DNA of 64,000 nt from Bdellovibrio sp. (GCA_036676395.1 JAKFCY010000002.1:2272001-2336000), one strand, 5' to 3'; positions 36,008 to 47,538 are shown, numbered from the stretch's first letter. A program made the numbers and translations. The notes: generated by a model from the letters alone, not told the origin.

Positions 36008-37753
36008 CTATCTTGTAGCTAAAACTTTTTCTGCCTGTGCCATAACTGCCTCTGGCGGTACTTTTTCAACTTCTTTAGTTTTACGATTTACAACTTCGAT
36101 TTGTGCCGCTTCAAAACCTTTTTTGCCGACAACAATACGCACTGGAAAACCTAAAAGATCTGCATCTTTAAATTTCACACCTGGGCGCTCATCACGATCA
36201 TCAATAAATGTTTCAATGCCTTTTTCTGCAAAACGTAAAGCCAAATCGTAGACGTATTTTGTTAAGTTTTCATCTTTGATATCTAATAAACAAATATGAA
36301 CATGAAACGGAGAAAGAGCTTTTGACCAGATGATACCATCTTGGTCATGACTTTGTTCAATCGCAGCTTGAACGACGCGAGTGATACCAATTCCGTAACA
36401 GCCCATTTCGTAGTGCTGAGATTTTCCGTTTTTATCTAAGAAAACACCGTTCATTTTTTTAGAATATTTTTGCCCTAAGTAGAAAACGTGACCCACTTCG
36501 ATACCGCGGTAAGATTTTAATTTACCGTCAGATTCAGGGCACTTATCACCTTCGCGCGCCATACGCAAATCAGCGGTTTTTGTGATTTGATAATCGCGGC
36601 CATGGTTCACATTGCGTAAGTGAAAGTGGTCTTCGTTAGCGCCGACGATGTAGTTTTTTAAACCCATGATGCCGGTATCTGCGTAGATTGGAATTTTTAA
36701 GCCGACAGGTCCACATGAACCTGGGCTTGCCCCCGTAACATGACGAACTTCATCATCAGTTAACATCTCTGGAGAATTTGACATTCCCAGCATATTTTTA
36801 ACTTTGATCGGGTTAACTTCATCAGAACCACGAAGTAAAATAGCGACTGCTTTGATGTCTTTTACTTTCGGATCTTCGTTTGTAGCGAAATAAAGTGTTT
36901 TAACTAAATCGCGAGCCGGAATTTTTGTGAACGCTTCAAGATCTGCGATAGTTTTTTGATTTGGAGTTTCAAATTTCTCCATCGCTTTTTCTGCTTCGTT
37001 TGAAATATGTGGAACAGCGTCGATAGCTGGGCACACTTCAACATTGGCCGCAAATCTTGTTTTATCAGAAACTAATAAAGCATCTTCACCGGCTTCGGCT
37101 AAAAGCTGGAACTCGTGCGTTTGGCTGCCGCCGATGTTACCCGCATCAGCCTGTACAGCGCGGTATTCTAAATTTAAACGATCAAAAATTCTCTCATAAG
37201 CCTGATACATGCCTTCGTAAGTTTTAAGAGCACCGGCTTGATCCATATCAAAACTGTACGCATCTTTCATTACGAATTCACGGCCGCGCATTAAACCGAA
37301 ACGTGGACGGATTTCATCGCGGTACTTTGTTTGAATCTGATAAATGTTTTTCGGAAAATCTCTCCATGATTTTAATTCATGCCGTACGTAATCAACTACG
37401 GCTTCTTCTGCTGTAGCACTTAAACAAAATTCTTGGTTATTACGATTTTTAAATTTTAATAAACCTGCGCCCATCTGAGCCCAACGATCAGTTTCTTCCC
37501 ATAATTCGCGCGGTTGAACTACTGGCATTAAAATTTCGATACCATTGGCTTTGTGAAGTTCTTCGCGAACGATCTCTTCGAATTTACGAATGGCGCGAAG
37601 ACCTATCGCTCCATAAGTATAAAGTCCTGGGCCTAATTTTTTCATGAATCCAGAACGCATCATAAGTTGGTGCGATGGAATTTCAGCATCAGAGGGAGCT
37701 TCTTTAAGAGTGAATAAATGGGTCTGTGACCACTTTAAGATTGGCTGTTTCAT
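36008..37753 (-). CDS. proS: Proline--tRNA ligase with editing domain
   Basis: RDEIRPRFGLMRGREF.MKDAYSF, GIEVGH, MGCYGIG. Confidence 0.97.
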   Translation of the reverse strand: MKQPILKWSQTHLFTLKEAPSDAEIPSHQLMMRSGFMKKLGPGLYTYGAIGLRAIRKFEEIVREELHKANGIEILMPVVQPRELWEETDRWAQMGAGLLKFKNRNNQEFCLSATAEEAVVDYVRHELKSWRDFPKNIYQIQTKYRDEIRPRFGLMRGREFVMKDAYSFDMDQAGALKTYEGMYQAYERIFDRLNLEYRAVQADAGNIGGSQTHEFQLLAEAGEDALLVSDKTRFAANVEVCPAIDAVPHISNEAEKAMEKFETPNQKTIADLEAFTKIPARDLVKTLYFATNEDPKVKDIKAVAILLRGSDEVNPIKVKNMLGMSNSPEMLTDDEVRHVTGASPGSCGPVGLKIPIYADTGIMGLKNYIVGANEDHFHLRNVNHGRDYQITKTADLRMAREGDKCPESDGKLKSYRGIEVGHVFYLGQKYSKKMNGVFLDKNGKSQHYEMGCYGIGITRVVQAAIEQSHDQDGIIWSKALSPFHVHICLLDIKDENLTKYVYDLALRFAEKGIETFIDDRDERPGVKFKDADLLGFPVRIVVGKKGFEAAQIEVVNRKTKEVEKVPPEAVMAQAEKVLATR

Positions 37754-39138
37754 ATGTTGACCTCGATACCGTAGGCTTTAATTTTTCTGTGTAAATAACT
37801 GCGCTCTAAACCAATGGCTTCAGCGGTTTTTGAAATGTTGCCACCGTTTTCCTGGATTTTTTTAATTAAATAATCTTTTTCAAATTCTGCACGCGCATCA
37901 CGGAATGTTGAAATTTCAGAGTGTGACCCGGGCACGCCGTCTTTTTTATCTGATAGACCTGCAAAACGCAGATCATGCACGTCAACGTAATCTGACGGCG
38001 TTAAGATATACACGCGTTCAATAAAGTTTTTTAATTCGCGGATGTTACCTGGCCATGAGTGCTTCACTAAAAGCTTTAAACCTTGTTCAGAAATTGTCTT
38101 TCTAAACGAAGCCATTTGTTTGGCGATAATGTCACTAAAATGAAAAATCAAAGATTGAATATCTTCTGGGCGATTACGAAGCGGATCAACAACGATTTCG
38201 TTGTTCTGTAACAATCCTGCAAGTTCAGTCGCTACTTTACCACTGGCTATTAAAGCCGAAAGATTTACTGACGAAGTTAAGATCACTCGTGATGTCGCAG
38301 TGATCGCATCTGCTGAACCTACGCGTGAAAACTTTTGTGTTCTTAAGTACTGTAAAAGTTTTAATTGAATAGCCTGAGGCATTTCTTCGATCTCTTCGAT
38401 GATAACCGTGCCACCTTCGATAAGTTCTAATTTACCTTTACGAGTTTTATCAATTCCTGGTAACACGCCCTTTTCAATACCGAATAATTCGATCTCGATT
38501 AAATCTTGAGGCAATGTCGCACAATTAATTTCAACAATTGAGCGGCTGGCTTGCGAACTCATAAAGTGAATGTTTTGCGCCACTAGTTCACGACCTGATC
38601 CAGGTTCGCCTGAAATCAAAATCGTTTGCTGAGTTTTAGCAACAGTCGTGATTTGTTCGCGCACTTTTTGCAGGGATTTTGATTCACCGACTAGAGCAAT
38701 ATTTTTTCTTAACTTATTTAACAACGCTTGTTTTTCGTCTTTTTCAGCTTTGAATTTCAAAACGTGGTCGATCACTAACGTGATTTTTTCTAACGAAAGT
38801 GGCTTTTCAATAAAATCCCATGCGCCAGTTTTAGTCGCCTTAACTGCGGTCTCGATAGTGCCGTGGCCAGAGATCATAATAAATTGCGTGTCTGGATTTT
38901 GCGGGATCGCTTGAGTTAAGACTTCGATCCCGTCCATTTTAGGCATCCAGATATCTAAGAAACAAATATGCGGTTTAAATTCTTGAAGAACTTGCAAACC
39001 TGTTGGTCCATCTGGAGCTGTTAAAACATGAAAGCCATCGTCTTTTAAACTCTCTGACATGACCTGACGAATCGGGCCTTCATCATCGATAATTAAAATG
39101 CGCGTTTTTAGTTTTTCTTCGTGTAAAACCTGAGACAT
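37750..39138 (-). CDS. NtrX-like response regulator (receiver + degenerate AAA+ + Fis HTH)
   Basis: FLDIWMP, ISGHGTIETAV, WPGNIRELKN, GNISKTA..IG.ERSYLHRK; follows NtrY-like kinase. Confidence 0.88.
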   Translation of the reverse strand: MSQVLHEEKLKTRILIIDDEGPIRQVMSESLKDDGFHVLTAPDGPTGLQVLQEFKPHICFLDIWMPKMDGIEVLTQAIPQNPDTQFIMISGHGTIETAVKATKTGAWDFIEKPLSLEKITLVIDHVLKFKAEKDEKQALLNKLRKNIALVGESKSLQKVREQITTVAKTQQTILISGEPGSGRELVAQNIHFMSSQASRSIVEINCATLPQDLIEIELFGIEKGVLPGIDKTRKGKLELIEGGTVIIEEIEEMPQAIQLKLLQYLRTQKFSRVGSADAITATSRVILTSSVNLSALIASGKVATELAGLLQNNEIVVDPLRNRPEDIQSLIFHFSDIIAKQMASFRKTISEQGLKLLVKHSWPGNIRELKNFIERVYILTPSDYVDVHDLRFAGLSDKKDGVPGSHSEISTFRDARAEFEKDYLIKKIQENGGNISKTAEAIGLERSYLHRKIKAYGIEVNI

Positions 39139-39174
39139 ACGTCCACCTTCTTATAGCTAATAAAAGCTACAGCA

Positions 39175-41385
39175 TTAAGGGGCGCTTGTATACAATGGAA
39201 GCTCTATATAAATCTTGGTTCCTTGCGGTTCGTTACCCAGAGCGCGAATAACTCCGCCATGATCTTCGATAATACTTTTAACGATCGGCAATCCCAAGCC
39301 AGTTCCTTTTTCTTTAGTTGAAAAATAAGGCTCAAAGACGCGAACACGGTCGCGGGCTGGAATTCCAAGGCCGTTATCAATGATATAAATTCGGGCAATT
39401 CTATGCTGGGTTTGATATTCAGTCTTAATTGTCACTTCAGGGTGAGCAATTTGCGCTGTTTCGTCTTCAGTTGCATGAACCGCGTTATCTAACAGATTCA
39501 CAAACACGCGCTTTAACTGAGCCGGATCAAATTTAAATTCTGGCATTGCCGGATCAAGCTCTAAACGAAATTTCACTTTACCGTGATTTTGCGAATAAAC
39601 ATCGCCCATACTTTTAAGAACATCATTTAACTGAGCATGAACTAATTTAAGTTCAGGCATACGCGCAAACTGACTGAATTCATTCACCAGATTTCGCATA
39701 TCATCGACTTGCGACACGATCATTTGAATAGAATCTTTAAAAGCCTGCTCATTAATTTGATCGCCATATTTTTTAGAAATACGTTCTGCGGCCAGACGAA
39801 TCGGCGTTAGTGGATTTTTAATTTCATGCGCGATACGACGCGCCACTTCTGACCAGGCCGCCGCACGCTGAGCATTTACAATCGGAGTCATATCATCAAA
39901 CACCATGATACGGCCGATTTGATGCTGAAATTCATTACGTAAAATAGAAACATGCACTGAGAGTGGAATAGGTTCTTTTTCGATGCCGTTTTCTGTTTGT
40001 TTATCGACCTCGATACGGATTTCTTTTTGTAAACTGGTTAAATTATTTTCCTGCATGGCTTTTACAAACTGCGAGAAAATTTTGTAAGTTTGTTCGTCTA
40101 ACAACTGCTTGATCGGCTTACCGACGGCTTTAGAAGGATCGACGATCAACAATTCGCCGGCCCGGCGATTCATTGTGGTGACAATACCTGACATATCTAC
40201 TGATAAAACGCCCGCAGATACGTTACCTAATACGATTTCAACATACGAAGTGTATTGATTTAAATTTTTAATGGTTTGCTGTAATTCAAGTTCTGATGAC
40301 GACAGATTTGAAATCATCTGATTGAAGTTTCCGATCAGATTACTGATTTCTTCACTGCCTGATTCGATTTCTAATGAAGAATAATCGCCGCCAGCAACCC
40401 GCTTGGTGGCACGGCCCAGCTGCACGAGTGGCACCGAAAGTTGTTTGGCTAAATGGAAACCAAACCAAATGGCAGCAAATAAAATCACCAGCGACATTAC
40501 AATCTGCATAATAAAATACATCGATTTTAATGGATTTTCGATAAGTGTATTGTCTTGAAATTCTTGATAGGCCCCGACGATATCGTCGAATTTTGCACCC
40601 GGGGCTAAATTTAGAACTTTTGAAACCACCACCACACCATTTTCAGTGGGCACCATCATACGCAATAAATGCGCATCTGAAAAAACCTGAACTATGCTGG
40701 CTTGGCTTTCATGCAAAAAACCCTTTTGCAAAAAATCAAAATTAGGGCGAGGAACCACTTGTCTGACGGCTTTAGTATCCTGGGCGATATAACGTTCTGA
40801 TAACAGATCTGGATAGTATTCAACCACATCAAGCTTATAATCTTTTTGCAGTTTTTTTAGAATGTCGTCTAATTTTTGTGGGTTCTGCGTTTTGGCAACA
40901 GCTTCGGCCACCATCGCAGCGTAATCATAACCTTTGCGTTTTTCTTGCGCGATAAATGAATCAATCACTTCTGAGGCATTTTTTAAAATGCCGATCATGC
41001 GCTGTGAAAACCAACGATCAAAACTTGAATTTAGATAAAACACTGAAAGAATTAAAACTAACGATGTCGGAATCACCGAGAATGTGGCAAAGGCGATAAT
41101 CAGTTTTGATTTTAACGATGAGCCAAAGATTTTACCGCGGCGTTCGATAAAAACTTTAACGATATTTCTAAAAATTAAAAACAACAGAAGTAAGACTAGA
41201 ATTAAATTTACGTTAACTAACCCGATGAAATAAATAATGTACGGGCTTGGCAGGGTTTGCCCTGAACGAAAAACATAAACTTCAATACCAACTAAAATGG
41301 CGAGCAAAATTGAAATTGCAAAAATAGAAATGACTTCTTTTCGCCTTTTCAGTGATTCGACATTTTGTGTGGGTATTCTAGCCAT
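39175..41385 (-). CDS. NtrY-like membrane sensor histidine kinase (HAMP, PAS)
   Basis: AQRAAAWSEVARRIAHEIKNPLTPI, FEPYFSTK..GTGLGL. Confidence 0.9.
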   Translation of the reverse strand: MARIPTQNVESLKRRKEVISIFAISILLAILVGIEVYVFRSGQTLPSPYIIYFIGLVNVNLILVLLLLFLIFRNIVKVFIERRGKIFGSSLKSKLIIAFATFSVIPTSLVLILSVFYLNSSFDRWFSQRMIGILKNASEVIDSFIAQEKRKGYDYAAMVAEAVAKTQNPQKLDDILKKLQKDYKLDVVEYYPDLLSERYIAQDTKAVRQVVPRPNFDFLQKGFLHESQASIVQVFSDAHLLRMMVPTENGVVVVSKVLNLAPGAKFDDIVGAYQEFQDNTLIENPLKSMYFIMQIVMSLVILFAAIWFGFHLAKQLSVPLVQLGRATKRVAGGDYSSLEIESGSEEISNLIGNFNQMISNLSSSELELQQTIKNLNQYTSYVEIVLGNVSAGVLSVDMSGIVTTMNRRAGELLIVDPSKAVGKPIKQLLDEQTYKIFSQFVKAMQENNLTSLQKEIRIEVDKQTENGIEKEPIPLSVHVSILRNEFQHQIGRIMVFDDMTPIVNAQRAAAWSEVARRIAHEIKNPLTPIRLAAERISKKYGDQINEQAFKDSIQMIVSQVDDMRNLVNEFSQFARMPELKLVHAQLNDVLKSMGDVYSQNHGKVKFRLELDPAMPEFKFDPAQLKRVFVNLLDNAVHATEDETAQIAHPEVTIKTEYQTQHRIARIYIIDNGLGIPARDRVRVFEPYFSTKEKGTGLGLPIVKSIIEDHGGVIRALGNEPQGTKIYIELPLYTSAP

Positions 41386-41391
41386 GCCCCT

Positions 41392-41874
41392 TTATTTTTT
41401 CTTGATTTCGCGCAGAAGTCCAATCATCTCAAGAGCTGCTTGGGCCGCATCAATTCCTTTGTGACCATGACGACCGCCTACGCGGTCTAAAGCTTGTTCT
41501 TCAGTTTCAGTGGTTAAAACACCAAAAGCGATGGGTTTTTTATAATCTAACATTAATCTTGAGCAATTTCGCTCAACAGAACGGCAAACTTCTTCATAAT
41601 GAGTGGTTTCACCACGAATAACTGCTCCAAGGGTGATCACTGCATCAACTTTTTGGTATTCTAATAAAGCTTGGGCCGCTAAAGGGATTTCAACAGCACC
41701 TGGAACACGAACCGAGAAAATTTCTACGCCTTCTACTGATTCAAGAAAATCTAAAGTGCCATCTTCTAACTTTGATGTGATTTCTTCGTTAAAACGCGAA
41801 GTCACAACCCCGATTTTAATTTTTTGAACTTTAGGTTTTGCAATTTTAGATTTAACGGCTTTTTTAGCTTTCAT
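41392..41874 (-). CDS. ribH: 6,7-dimethyl-8-ribityllumazine synthase
   Basis: SRFN, VPGAVEIP, GAVIRGETTHY, FGVLT; start trimmed to ATG (MKAKK). Confidence 0.95.
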   Translation of the reverse strand: MKAKKAVKSKIAKPKVQKIKIGVVTSRFNEEITSKLEDGTLDFLESVEGVEIFSVRVPGAVEIPLAAQALLEYQKVDAVITLGAVIRGETTHYEEVCRSVERNCSRLMLDYKKPIAFGVLTTETEEQALDRVGGRHGHKGIDAAQAALEMIGLLREIKKK

Positions 41875-42478
41875 GGGACTTCCTGTATTCGATAAGCGCT
41901 TCAATCGTACCGATCTTAATATTATGTTTTTTTGCAAAGATCATTAGATCCGGTAAGCGCGCCATAGTGCCGTCATCATTAATGACTTCACAAATTACGC
42001 TGGCTGGAGTTTGTTTTGTGATTACGGCCAGATCAACACTGGCTTCGGTGTGCCCTGCGCGACCCAACACACCTTGCGAGTGAGCTTTTAAAGGAAAGAT
42101 ATGCCCTGGCACAATCACATCACTGGCTTTTGCAGTTTCACGAGAAGCGACCATAATCGTATGTGAACGATCAGCAGCAGAAATTCCAGTAGTTACGCCA
42201 AAACTTGCTTCAATCGAATAAGTAAATGCTGTTTCGGTCGCACCACGCTGATGTGATTTAGAAGTCATCATCGGAATTTGCAATTTTTCGATTTGCGAAG
42301 CCGTCATCGATAAACAAATTAAACCGCGCGCTTCTTTAGCCATGAAGTTTACCGCTTCTGGCGTAATGGCGTCAGCGGCGATCACTAAATCGCCTTCGTT
42401 TTCACGATTTTCATCATCCACTAGAATTACGAATTTTCCGGCTTTAAAATCAGCGATGATATCTTGGATAGAATTCAT
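41864..42478 (-). CDS. ribB: 3,4-dihydroxy-2-butanone-4-phosphate synthase (stand-alone)
   Basis: [31 protein letters not shown]. Confidence 0.95.
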   Translation of the reverse strand: MNSIQDIIADFKAGKFVILVDDENRENEGDLVIAADAITPEAVNFMAKEARGLICLSMTASQIEKLQIPMMTSKSHQRGATETAFTYSIEASFGVTTGISAADRSHTIMVASRETAKASDVIVPGHIFPLKAHSQGVLGRAGHTEASVDLAVITKQTPASVICEVINDDGTMARLPDLMIFAKKHNIKIGTIEALIEYRKSHES

Positions 42479-43068
42479 TTGGTTCCTTGTGAGCGGATGT
42501 AGGCTTTTGCTAAATAATCAGATTCAATATTTACGAAATCATTTTTTTTGTAGTACTGCAGATTGGTCACTTTTAAAGTTTCCGGAATCAAGCAGAAGAA
42601 AATAAAATTATTTTCAATTTTATTGATCGTAAGACTTACGCCGTTAATGCAGGCTGAACCTTTGTGCCAGAAAAATTTAGCAATTTCAGGTGATACCTCA
42701 ACAGCTAAATCCCACACATCGCCGTTAGCTTCAGAAACTACAATCTTTGCAGCTTCGTCCACGTGTCCTGTAACCAGATGACCATGGACGCGATCGCCGA
42801 ATTTTAATGAACGTTCAAGATTTAAGGGAACGTGCTCCCAGTAAGATAAACTTTTATCTAACAACGTTAAAGTTTCTAATCCCAAACAAAACTGCATTTC
42901 GTTTTGATCAAACGCTTCAACGGTTAAACAGGCCCCGTTTACACAAATACTATCGCCAATTTTAATGTCATTAAAAGATGTCGGACGCTTTACCCAAAGG
43001 CGCGAAGCCTGGTTCATTTTTTCGGTGCGAATAAGAGTTGTCGTGGTCTCGACGATTCCAGAAAACAT
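42475..43068 (-). CDS. ribE: Riboflavin synthase (alpha chain)
   Basis: MFSGIVE, GDSI.VNG.CLTV, NLER, GH.VTGHVD, KGS..INGVSLT. Confidence 0.95.
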   Translation of the reverse strand: MFSGIVETTTTLIRTEKMNQASRLWVKRPTSFNDIKIGDSICVNGACLTVEAFDQNEMQFCLGLETLTLLDKSLSYWEHVPLNLERSLKFGDRVHGHLVTGHVDEAAKIVVSEANGDVWDLAVEVSPEIAKFFWHKGSACINGVSLTINKIENNFIFFCLIPETLKVTNLQYYKKNDFVNIESDYLAKAYIRSQGTK

Positions 43069-43125
43069 ACGCCGCTAGTTATCATGCTATAGCAGCGTAA
43101 GTCTATTATTGATTATAAGATGTGC

Positions 43126-44226
43126 TTATTTTTTCTTCTTTGTTGCTACTACTGGCTCAACATAAAGCTGACTGATGCGAGTTAAGGCACCTACCTCGAT
43201 AGAATCGTCCTCACGAGGGTTTAAAACGCGGGCCTTAGCCATTAAGTTTCCGGCATCTTCGATTTCGATAATCCAAGGGTCGTTTGTGACCGACACCGAA
43301 CCTAATAACACACTGCCTTCACCGCAAGGTTCGCCCATCCAATCATGGACTTCGTTTTCAACTTTTAAGCGGTCACCCTTTTTAAGACCAAGCTCTGCCC
43401 CACCCACGATAACTACATAATTATCACGACTGATCAAAATTCTTGTGTGCCATTCTTGGCGATCTAATGATTTAAGTTTTGCTGAAATATCTTTGATGGA
43501 TTGTTTTAATCCTTTTAAAACAGTTTCGGCCATTCCCGTTACCCGGTAAAATTCTGGACCAATATGAATAATTCCTAAATCGATTCCAAAACCTGCAGAG
43601 TAATCTTTCTTGATCACTTCTGAGTTTACCGCAGCCATTTGTTGCGAGCTCCATGGATCATAAGCATGAAAACTTAAATCCATGCGCATTTTATCCATTT
43701 TAAATTTTGCCGTTAACGGAATTTGCACGGCCGTTGAGTTAAAACCGAATTGCAAATTCATACCTGAATAGGCTTCTAATGAATTAATTTTTCCGTATAG
43801 TAAATGTTGTGGACGAGAAACTAAACAGCTTGAATCACGTGATAGTTGCACTTCACTGGCCTTCATCGTTGGAAACCAAGTTTTAAGCTGTGCCATTTGT
43901 TTATTTTCTACAGATGTCTTTTGTAAACCCGTATTCATTCCTTGAGTGGATTGATCTGGCTTGGGATAAACGTTGCGTTCAAACATTGATTCTTCTTCAA
44001 AGATCACGCCCGAGAACTGGCTTTGCGCCACTTCTGAAAAGTTAAATCCAGCATTATCTAAAAACGACGAAGCTTCTACTTTTAAAACTTGCACGTTTTT
44101 TTTAAGCTGTCTGACTTTTACAGGCTCCTCTTTGCACTTTTGATTGGCCATAGTTAATAAGGCCAACGACATTAATGTAGCTACCGACAATAATTTTCTA
44201 CCATTGATGTAAGACATCAACTCCAC
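43126..44226 (-). CDS. Hypothetical exported protein, possible CsgG/FlgT-like architecture
   Basis: Hydrophobic N-terminus ending in Cys; C-terminal G...GLK.GD.L.V beta module; fold call is inference. Confidence 0.5.
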   Translation of the reverse strand: MELMSYINGRKLLSVATLMSLALLTMANQKCKEEPVKVRQLKKNVQVLKVEASSFLDNAGFNFSEVAQSQFSGVIFEEESMFERNVYPKPDQSTQGMNTGLQKTSVENKQMAQLKTWFPTMKASEVQLSRDSSCLVSRPQHLLYGKINSLEAYSGMNLQFGFNSTAVQIPLTAKFKMDKMRMDLSFHAYDPWSSQQMAAVNSEVIKKDYSAGFGIDLGIIHIGPEFYRVTGMAETVLKGLKQSIKDISAKLKSLDRQEWHTRILISRDNYVVIVGGAELGLKKGDRLKVENEVHDWMGEPCGEGSVLLGSVSVTNDPWIIEIEDAGNLMAKARVLNPREDDSIEVGALTRISQLYVEPVVATKKKK

Positions 44227-44358
44227 CTTTACTGTCCAGCTACAGAGATTACATGAATACCCCAGACAAAGAGCTAGTTCGGTAAATTTTTCCTAGACCT
44301 AAAGGAGTTTGGAACAATTAAAACATAAGATTAAGAATATGAAAAAAGTTTGTACAAT

Positions 44359-44389
44359 AAAAAAAGGATTGCTGGTTACGCAATCCTTT
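44359..44389 (-). terminator. Intrinsic terminator after the clpB operon
   Basis: Minus strand AAAGGATTGC-gtaacca-GCAATCCTTT followed by a T-run. Confidence 0.75.
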
Positions 44390-44412
44390 AAAGAAAATTA
44401 TGTAACGATAAG

Positions 44413-44916
44413 TTATTTTCCGAAACTTGTATTTCCAGAAATATTGATGAAATAACTTACATCTTCGCTTTTTAAAACATTACCGTCTGAATCAAGACGA
44501 GGCTTATCATATTTTAGGTATTTTGCTCCACCGCTTAAGCCAACTCCTGAGAAGTTCACACCTAGACCGGCTTCACCAATGACCGCATTGTTTATTTCTT
44601 TACTTGTCCAGCGATAACCAGGCCCTAAGAAGAAGTGGGCTCCGCCGCTTTGTGCGAATTTAGTTCTTAGAACTAAACGCATAGTTGAATCTAAGCCTGT
44701 GTAGGTTTCCATTTTTGAACCGGATCTTTGAAAACCTGAATTGCGCCAAGTCAGCCAGTCAGTGAAATTTAGGTTTATACCTAAATGAACTTCTTGGTAA
44801 GTTGTGCCGTTGTTATTGCCTGAAGATCCCCCGAGATCACCAGTGACCAGCGGGGTGTCTTTAGCAAACGTTGTAGATAAGGATAAACTAACTAAAAGAA
44901 ATAGAATTATTTTCAT
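44413..44916 (-). CDS. Hypothetical exported protein, likely small beta-barrel
   Basis: Signal peptide MKIILFLL...TFA, Gly/aromatic amphipathic strands; overlaps the clpB stop. Confidence 0.65.
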   Translation of the reverse strand: MKIILFLLVSLSLSTTFAKDTPLVTGDLGGSSGNNNGTTYQEVHLGINLNFTDWLTWRNSGFQRSGSKMETYTGLDSTMRLVLRTKFAQSGGAHFFLGPGYRWTSKEINNAVIGEAGLGVNFSGVGLSGGAKYLKYDKPRLDSDGNVLKSEDVSYFINISGNTSFGK

Positions 44917-47434
44917 AATCTATTTTTACCACAGAATCAGCCTTGATATCACCTGCAATCATTTTTTTCGCTAGTGGATTTAAGACTTCTGTCTGGATAA
45001 TTCTTTTTAGTGGTCTTGCGCCAAACACTGGATCAAAACCTTTTTCGCCCAGGTAATTAATGACATTATCACCGAAACTAACTTTGATATTTTTCTGCGC
45101 TAATCTTTGCACGACTTGCTGCAATTGAATTTTTACGATGCCCGCTAAGTTATCTTTACTTAATGATTTGAATTCAATCACGTCGTCAACCCGGTTTAAA
45201 AACTCAGGACGAAAGAAAGTTTTAAGCGCTGTTTGAATAGCTTCGCTGCCTTGGCTTGCGCCTAAGTTTGAAGTCATCACAATCACTGTGTTTTTAAAAT
45301 CAACAGTGCGCCCCTGCCCGTCAGTTAAACGGCCTTCATCCAAGAGTTGTAATAAAACATTAAACACATCGGGATGTGCCTTTTCGATTTCATCTAGTAA
45401 AATCACTGCATAAGGTTTACGACGAACGACTTCTGTTAATTGGCCGCCCTCTTCGTAACCCACATACCCCGGAGGCGCGCCGATTAAACGCGATACCGAA
45501 TGTTTTTCCATGTACTCAGACATATCAATGCGCACTACAGCCGCTGGATCATCAAATAAAAAATCGGCTAAGGCTTTTACAGTTTCAGTTTTACCCACAC
45601 CTGTAGGGCCAACAAAAATAAAAGTTCCGATTGGACGATTTGGATCAGCGATTTCAGCACGCGATCTTCGAACCGCATCTGCGATCACCTCTAAAGCCTG
45701 ATCTTGGCCGACGACTTTATTTTTTAAAGCGTCTTCCATATGTAATAGCTTTTGCATTTCGCTCTCTAACATACGGTTCACCGGAATGTGCGTCCATTTA
45801 GAAACCACGTCAGCGATATCTTCAGCGTCGACTTTTTCTTTTAACAGCGCACCGTCTTTGGTTTGCAGTTTACTTTCAAGGTCTGCTAGCTTTTTTTCGA
45901 CTTCAGGAAGTTTACCGTATTTTAGCTGCGCAGCTTTTTCGTACTGGGCATCACGCTCGGCACGGCTAATTTCGTTACGAATTTGTTCGATGTCTGATTT
46001 TAATAATTTAACGTTATCAATCTGACTGCGTTCGAAGTTCCATTTTTCACGCAAGGCCTGCGCTTTAACTTGCAAGTCTTTTAATTCTGATGAAATTTTA
46101 TCTTTACGTTCGATCGATTGTTTATCGTTATCTTTTTTTAACGCTTCTAACTCGATTTTGTAATTTAAAATTTGGCGCTCAATTTGATCGACTTCTTCGG
46201 GCACACTGCGATTTTCGATACCTAACTTACTAGCTGCTTCATCAATAAGATCGATGGCCTTATCTGGTAAGAACCGATTTGTAATATAGCGATGTGAAAG
46301 TTTAGCCGCAGCAATGATCGCAGCATCTGTGATTTGTACGCCGTGATGAACTTCGTATTTTTCTTTAAGACCACGTAAGATCGTGATTGTTTCATCAACT
46401 GTGGGTTCATCAACTAAGACTGTTTGAAAACGGCGCTCTAAGGCCGCATCTTTTTCAATGTACTGACGATATTCATCTAATGTTGTCGCACCGATACAAC
46501 GAAGCTCACCGCGTGATAATGCTGGCTTTAATAATTGCCCTGCATCCATCGCTCCTTCGCCCTTACCCGCTCCAACTAGCGTATGCAATTCATCGATAAA
46601 TAAAATTATTTCGCCGTGGCTTGTGGTCACTTCTTTGATCACAGCTTTTAAACGGTCTTCAAATTCACCGCGATATTTGGCGCCGGCGATTAATGCTCCC
46701 ATATCAAGAGCCATTAATTTTTTACCTACTAAATGATCAGGCACATCTTTTTTAATAATACGTAAAGCCATACCTTCAGCGATAGCCGTTTTACCAACGC
46801 CGGGCTCGCCGATTAAAACTGGATTATTTTTTGTACGACGTGATAAGACCTGAATCACGCGGCGAATTTCTTCGTCACGACCGACAACAGGATCTAGTTT
46901 TCCTTCAGCAGCTAAAGCTGTCAGATCACGGGCATATTTTTTTAAGACTTCGTATTGGTTTTCTGGCTCATCTGTGGTCACTCTTTGATGACCACGTACT
47001 TTTTTTAAGGCTTCTACGATAGAAGCTTTTTTTAATCCTGCAGCTTCGACAACTTTCCTTAAACCATTATCATCAATTTTAAACAAAGCTAAAAGAAAAT
47101 GCTCAGTTGAAATCAACTCATCTTGTAATTCAACCATTTCAGCTTCAGCGTATTTAAATAATTTCTGCAACCGAGGGCTTGCATAAATATTTGATTGCGC
47201 TTGCGACAACTGTGGAAATTGGCTAATGGCTTTATTCAAAGGTGTGATTAAAGTTACAGGTTGAACTTTAGCTTCTTGTAAAACGCGCGGAACTACGCCG
47301 TCGTCTTGTTCAACTAATTCTAGTATTAAATGTTCTGGTTCGACTGAAGAGTTCTTTTTACTCTCGGCAAGTTTTGCGGCCGCTTGCATGGCTTCTTGGC
47401 TTCTTCTGGTCATTTTTTGGATTTCATTACTCAT
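44888..47434 (-). CDS. clpB: ATP-dependent disaggregase ClpB
   Basis: Two AAA+ modules ([16 protein letters not shown]), coiled-coil M domain, GYVGYEEGG. Confidence 0.97.
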   Translation of the reverse strand: MSNEIQKMTRRSQEAMQAAAKLAESKKNSSVEPEHLILELVEQDDGVVPRVLQEAKVQPVTLITPLNKAISQFPQLSQAQSNIYASPRLQKLFKYAEAEMVELQDELISTEHFLLALFKIDDNGLRKVVEAAGLKKASIVEALKKVRGHQRVTTDEPENQYEVLKKYARDLTALAAEGKLDPVVGRDEEIRRVIQVLSRRTKNNPVLIGEPGVGKTAIAEGMALRIIKKDVPDHLVGKKLMALDMGALIAGAKYRGEFEDRLKAVIKEVTTSHGEIILFIDELHTLVGAGKGEGAMDAGQLLKPALSRGELRCIGATTLDEYRQYIEKDAALERRFQTVLVDEPTVDETITILRGLKEKYEVHHGVQITDAAIIAAAKLSHRYITNRFLPDKAIDLIDEAASKLGIENRSVPEEVDQIERQILNYKIELEALKKDNDKQSIERKDKISSELKDLQVKAQALREKWNFERSQIDNVKLLKSDIEQIRNEISRAERDAQYEKAAQLKYGKLPEVEKKLADLESKLQTKDGALLKEKVDAEDIADVVSKWTHIPVNRMLESEMQKLLHMEDALKNKVVGQDQALEVIADAVRRSRAEIADPNRPIGTFIFVGPTGVGKTETVKALADFLFDDPAAVVRIDMSEYMEKHSVSRLIGAPPGYVGYEEGGQLTEVVRRKPYAVILLDEIEKAHPDVFNVLLQLLDEGRLTDGQGRTVDFKNTVIVMTSNLGASQGSEAIQTALKTFFRPEFLNRVDDVIEFKSLSKDNLAGIVKIQLQQVVQRLAQKNIKVSFGDNVINYLGEKGFDPVFGARPLKRIIQTEVLNPLAKKMIAGDIKADSVVKIDYENNSISFS

Positions 47435-47538
47435 CTGTTTACCTCTGTGACTCCGTCACAAGTGACCTCTATGGTTTCACCATACTTAAGCATGAGTTAT
47501 AGATTGCATTTGTCAACCCGAGGTCCTATATAAATCTT

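Noticed and set aside
43069..43125. FMN riboswitch upstream of the rib genes
   Set aside because: The spacer is only 57 nt and has no RFN consensus.
47435..47538. CIRCE or CtsR heat-shock operator upstream of clpB
   Set aside because: No TTAGCACTC-N9-GAGTGCTAA or CtsR heptad repeat is visible.
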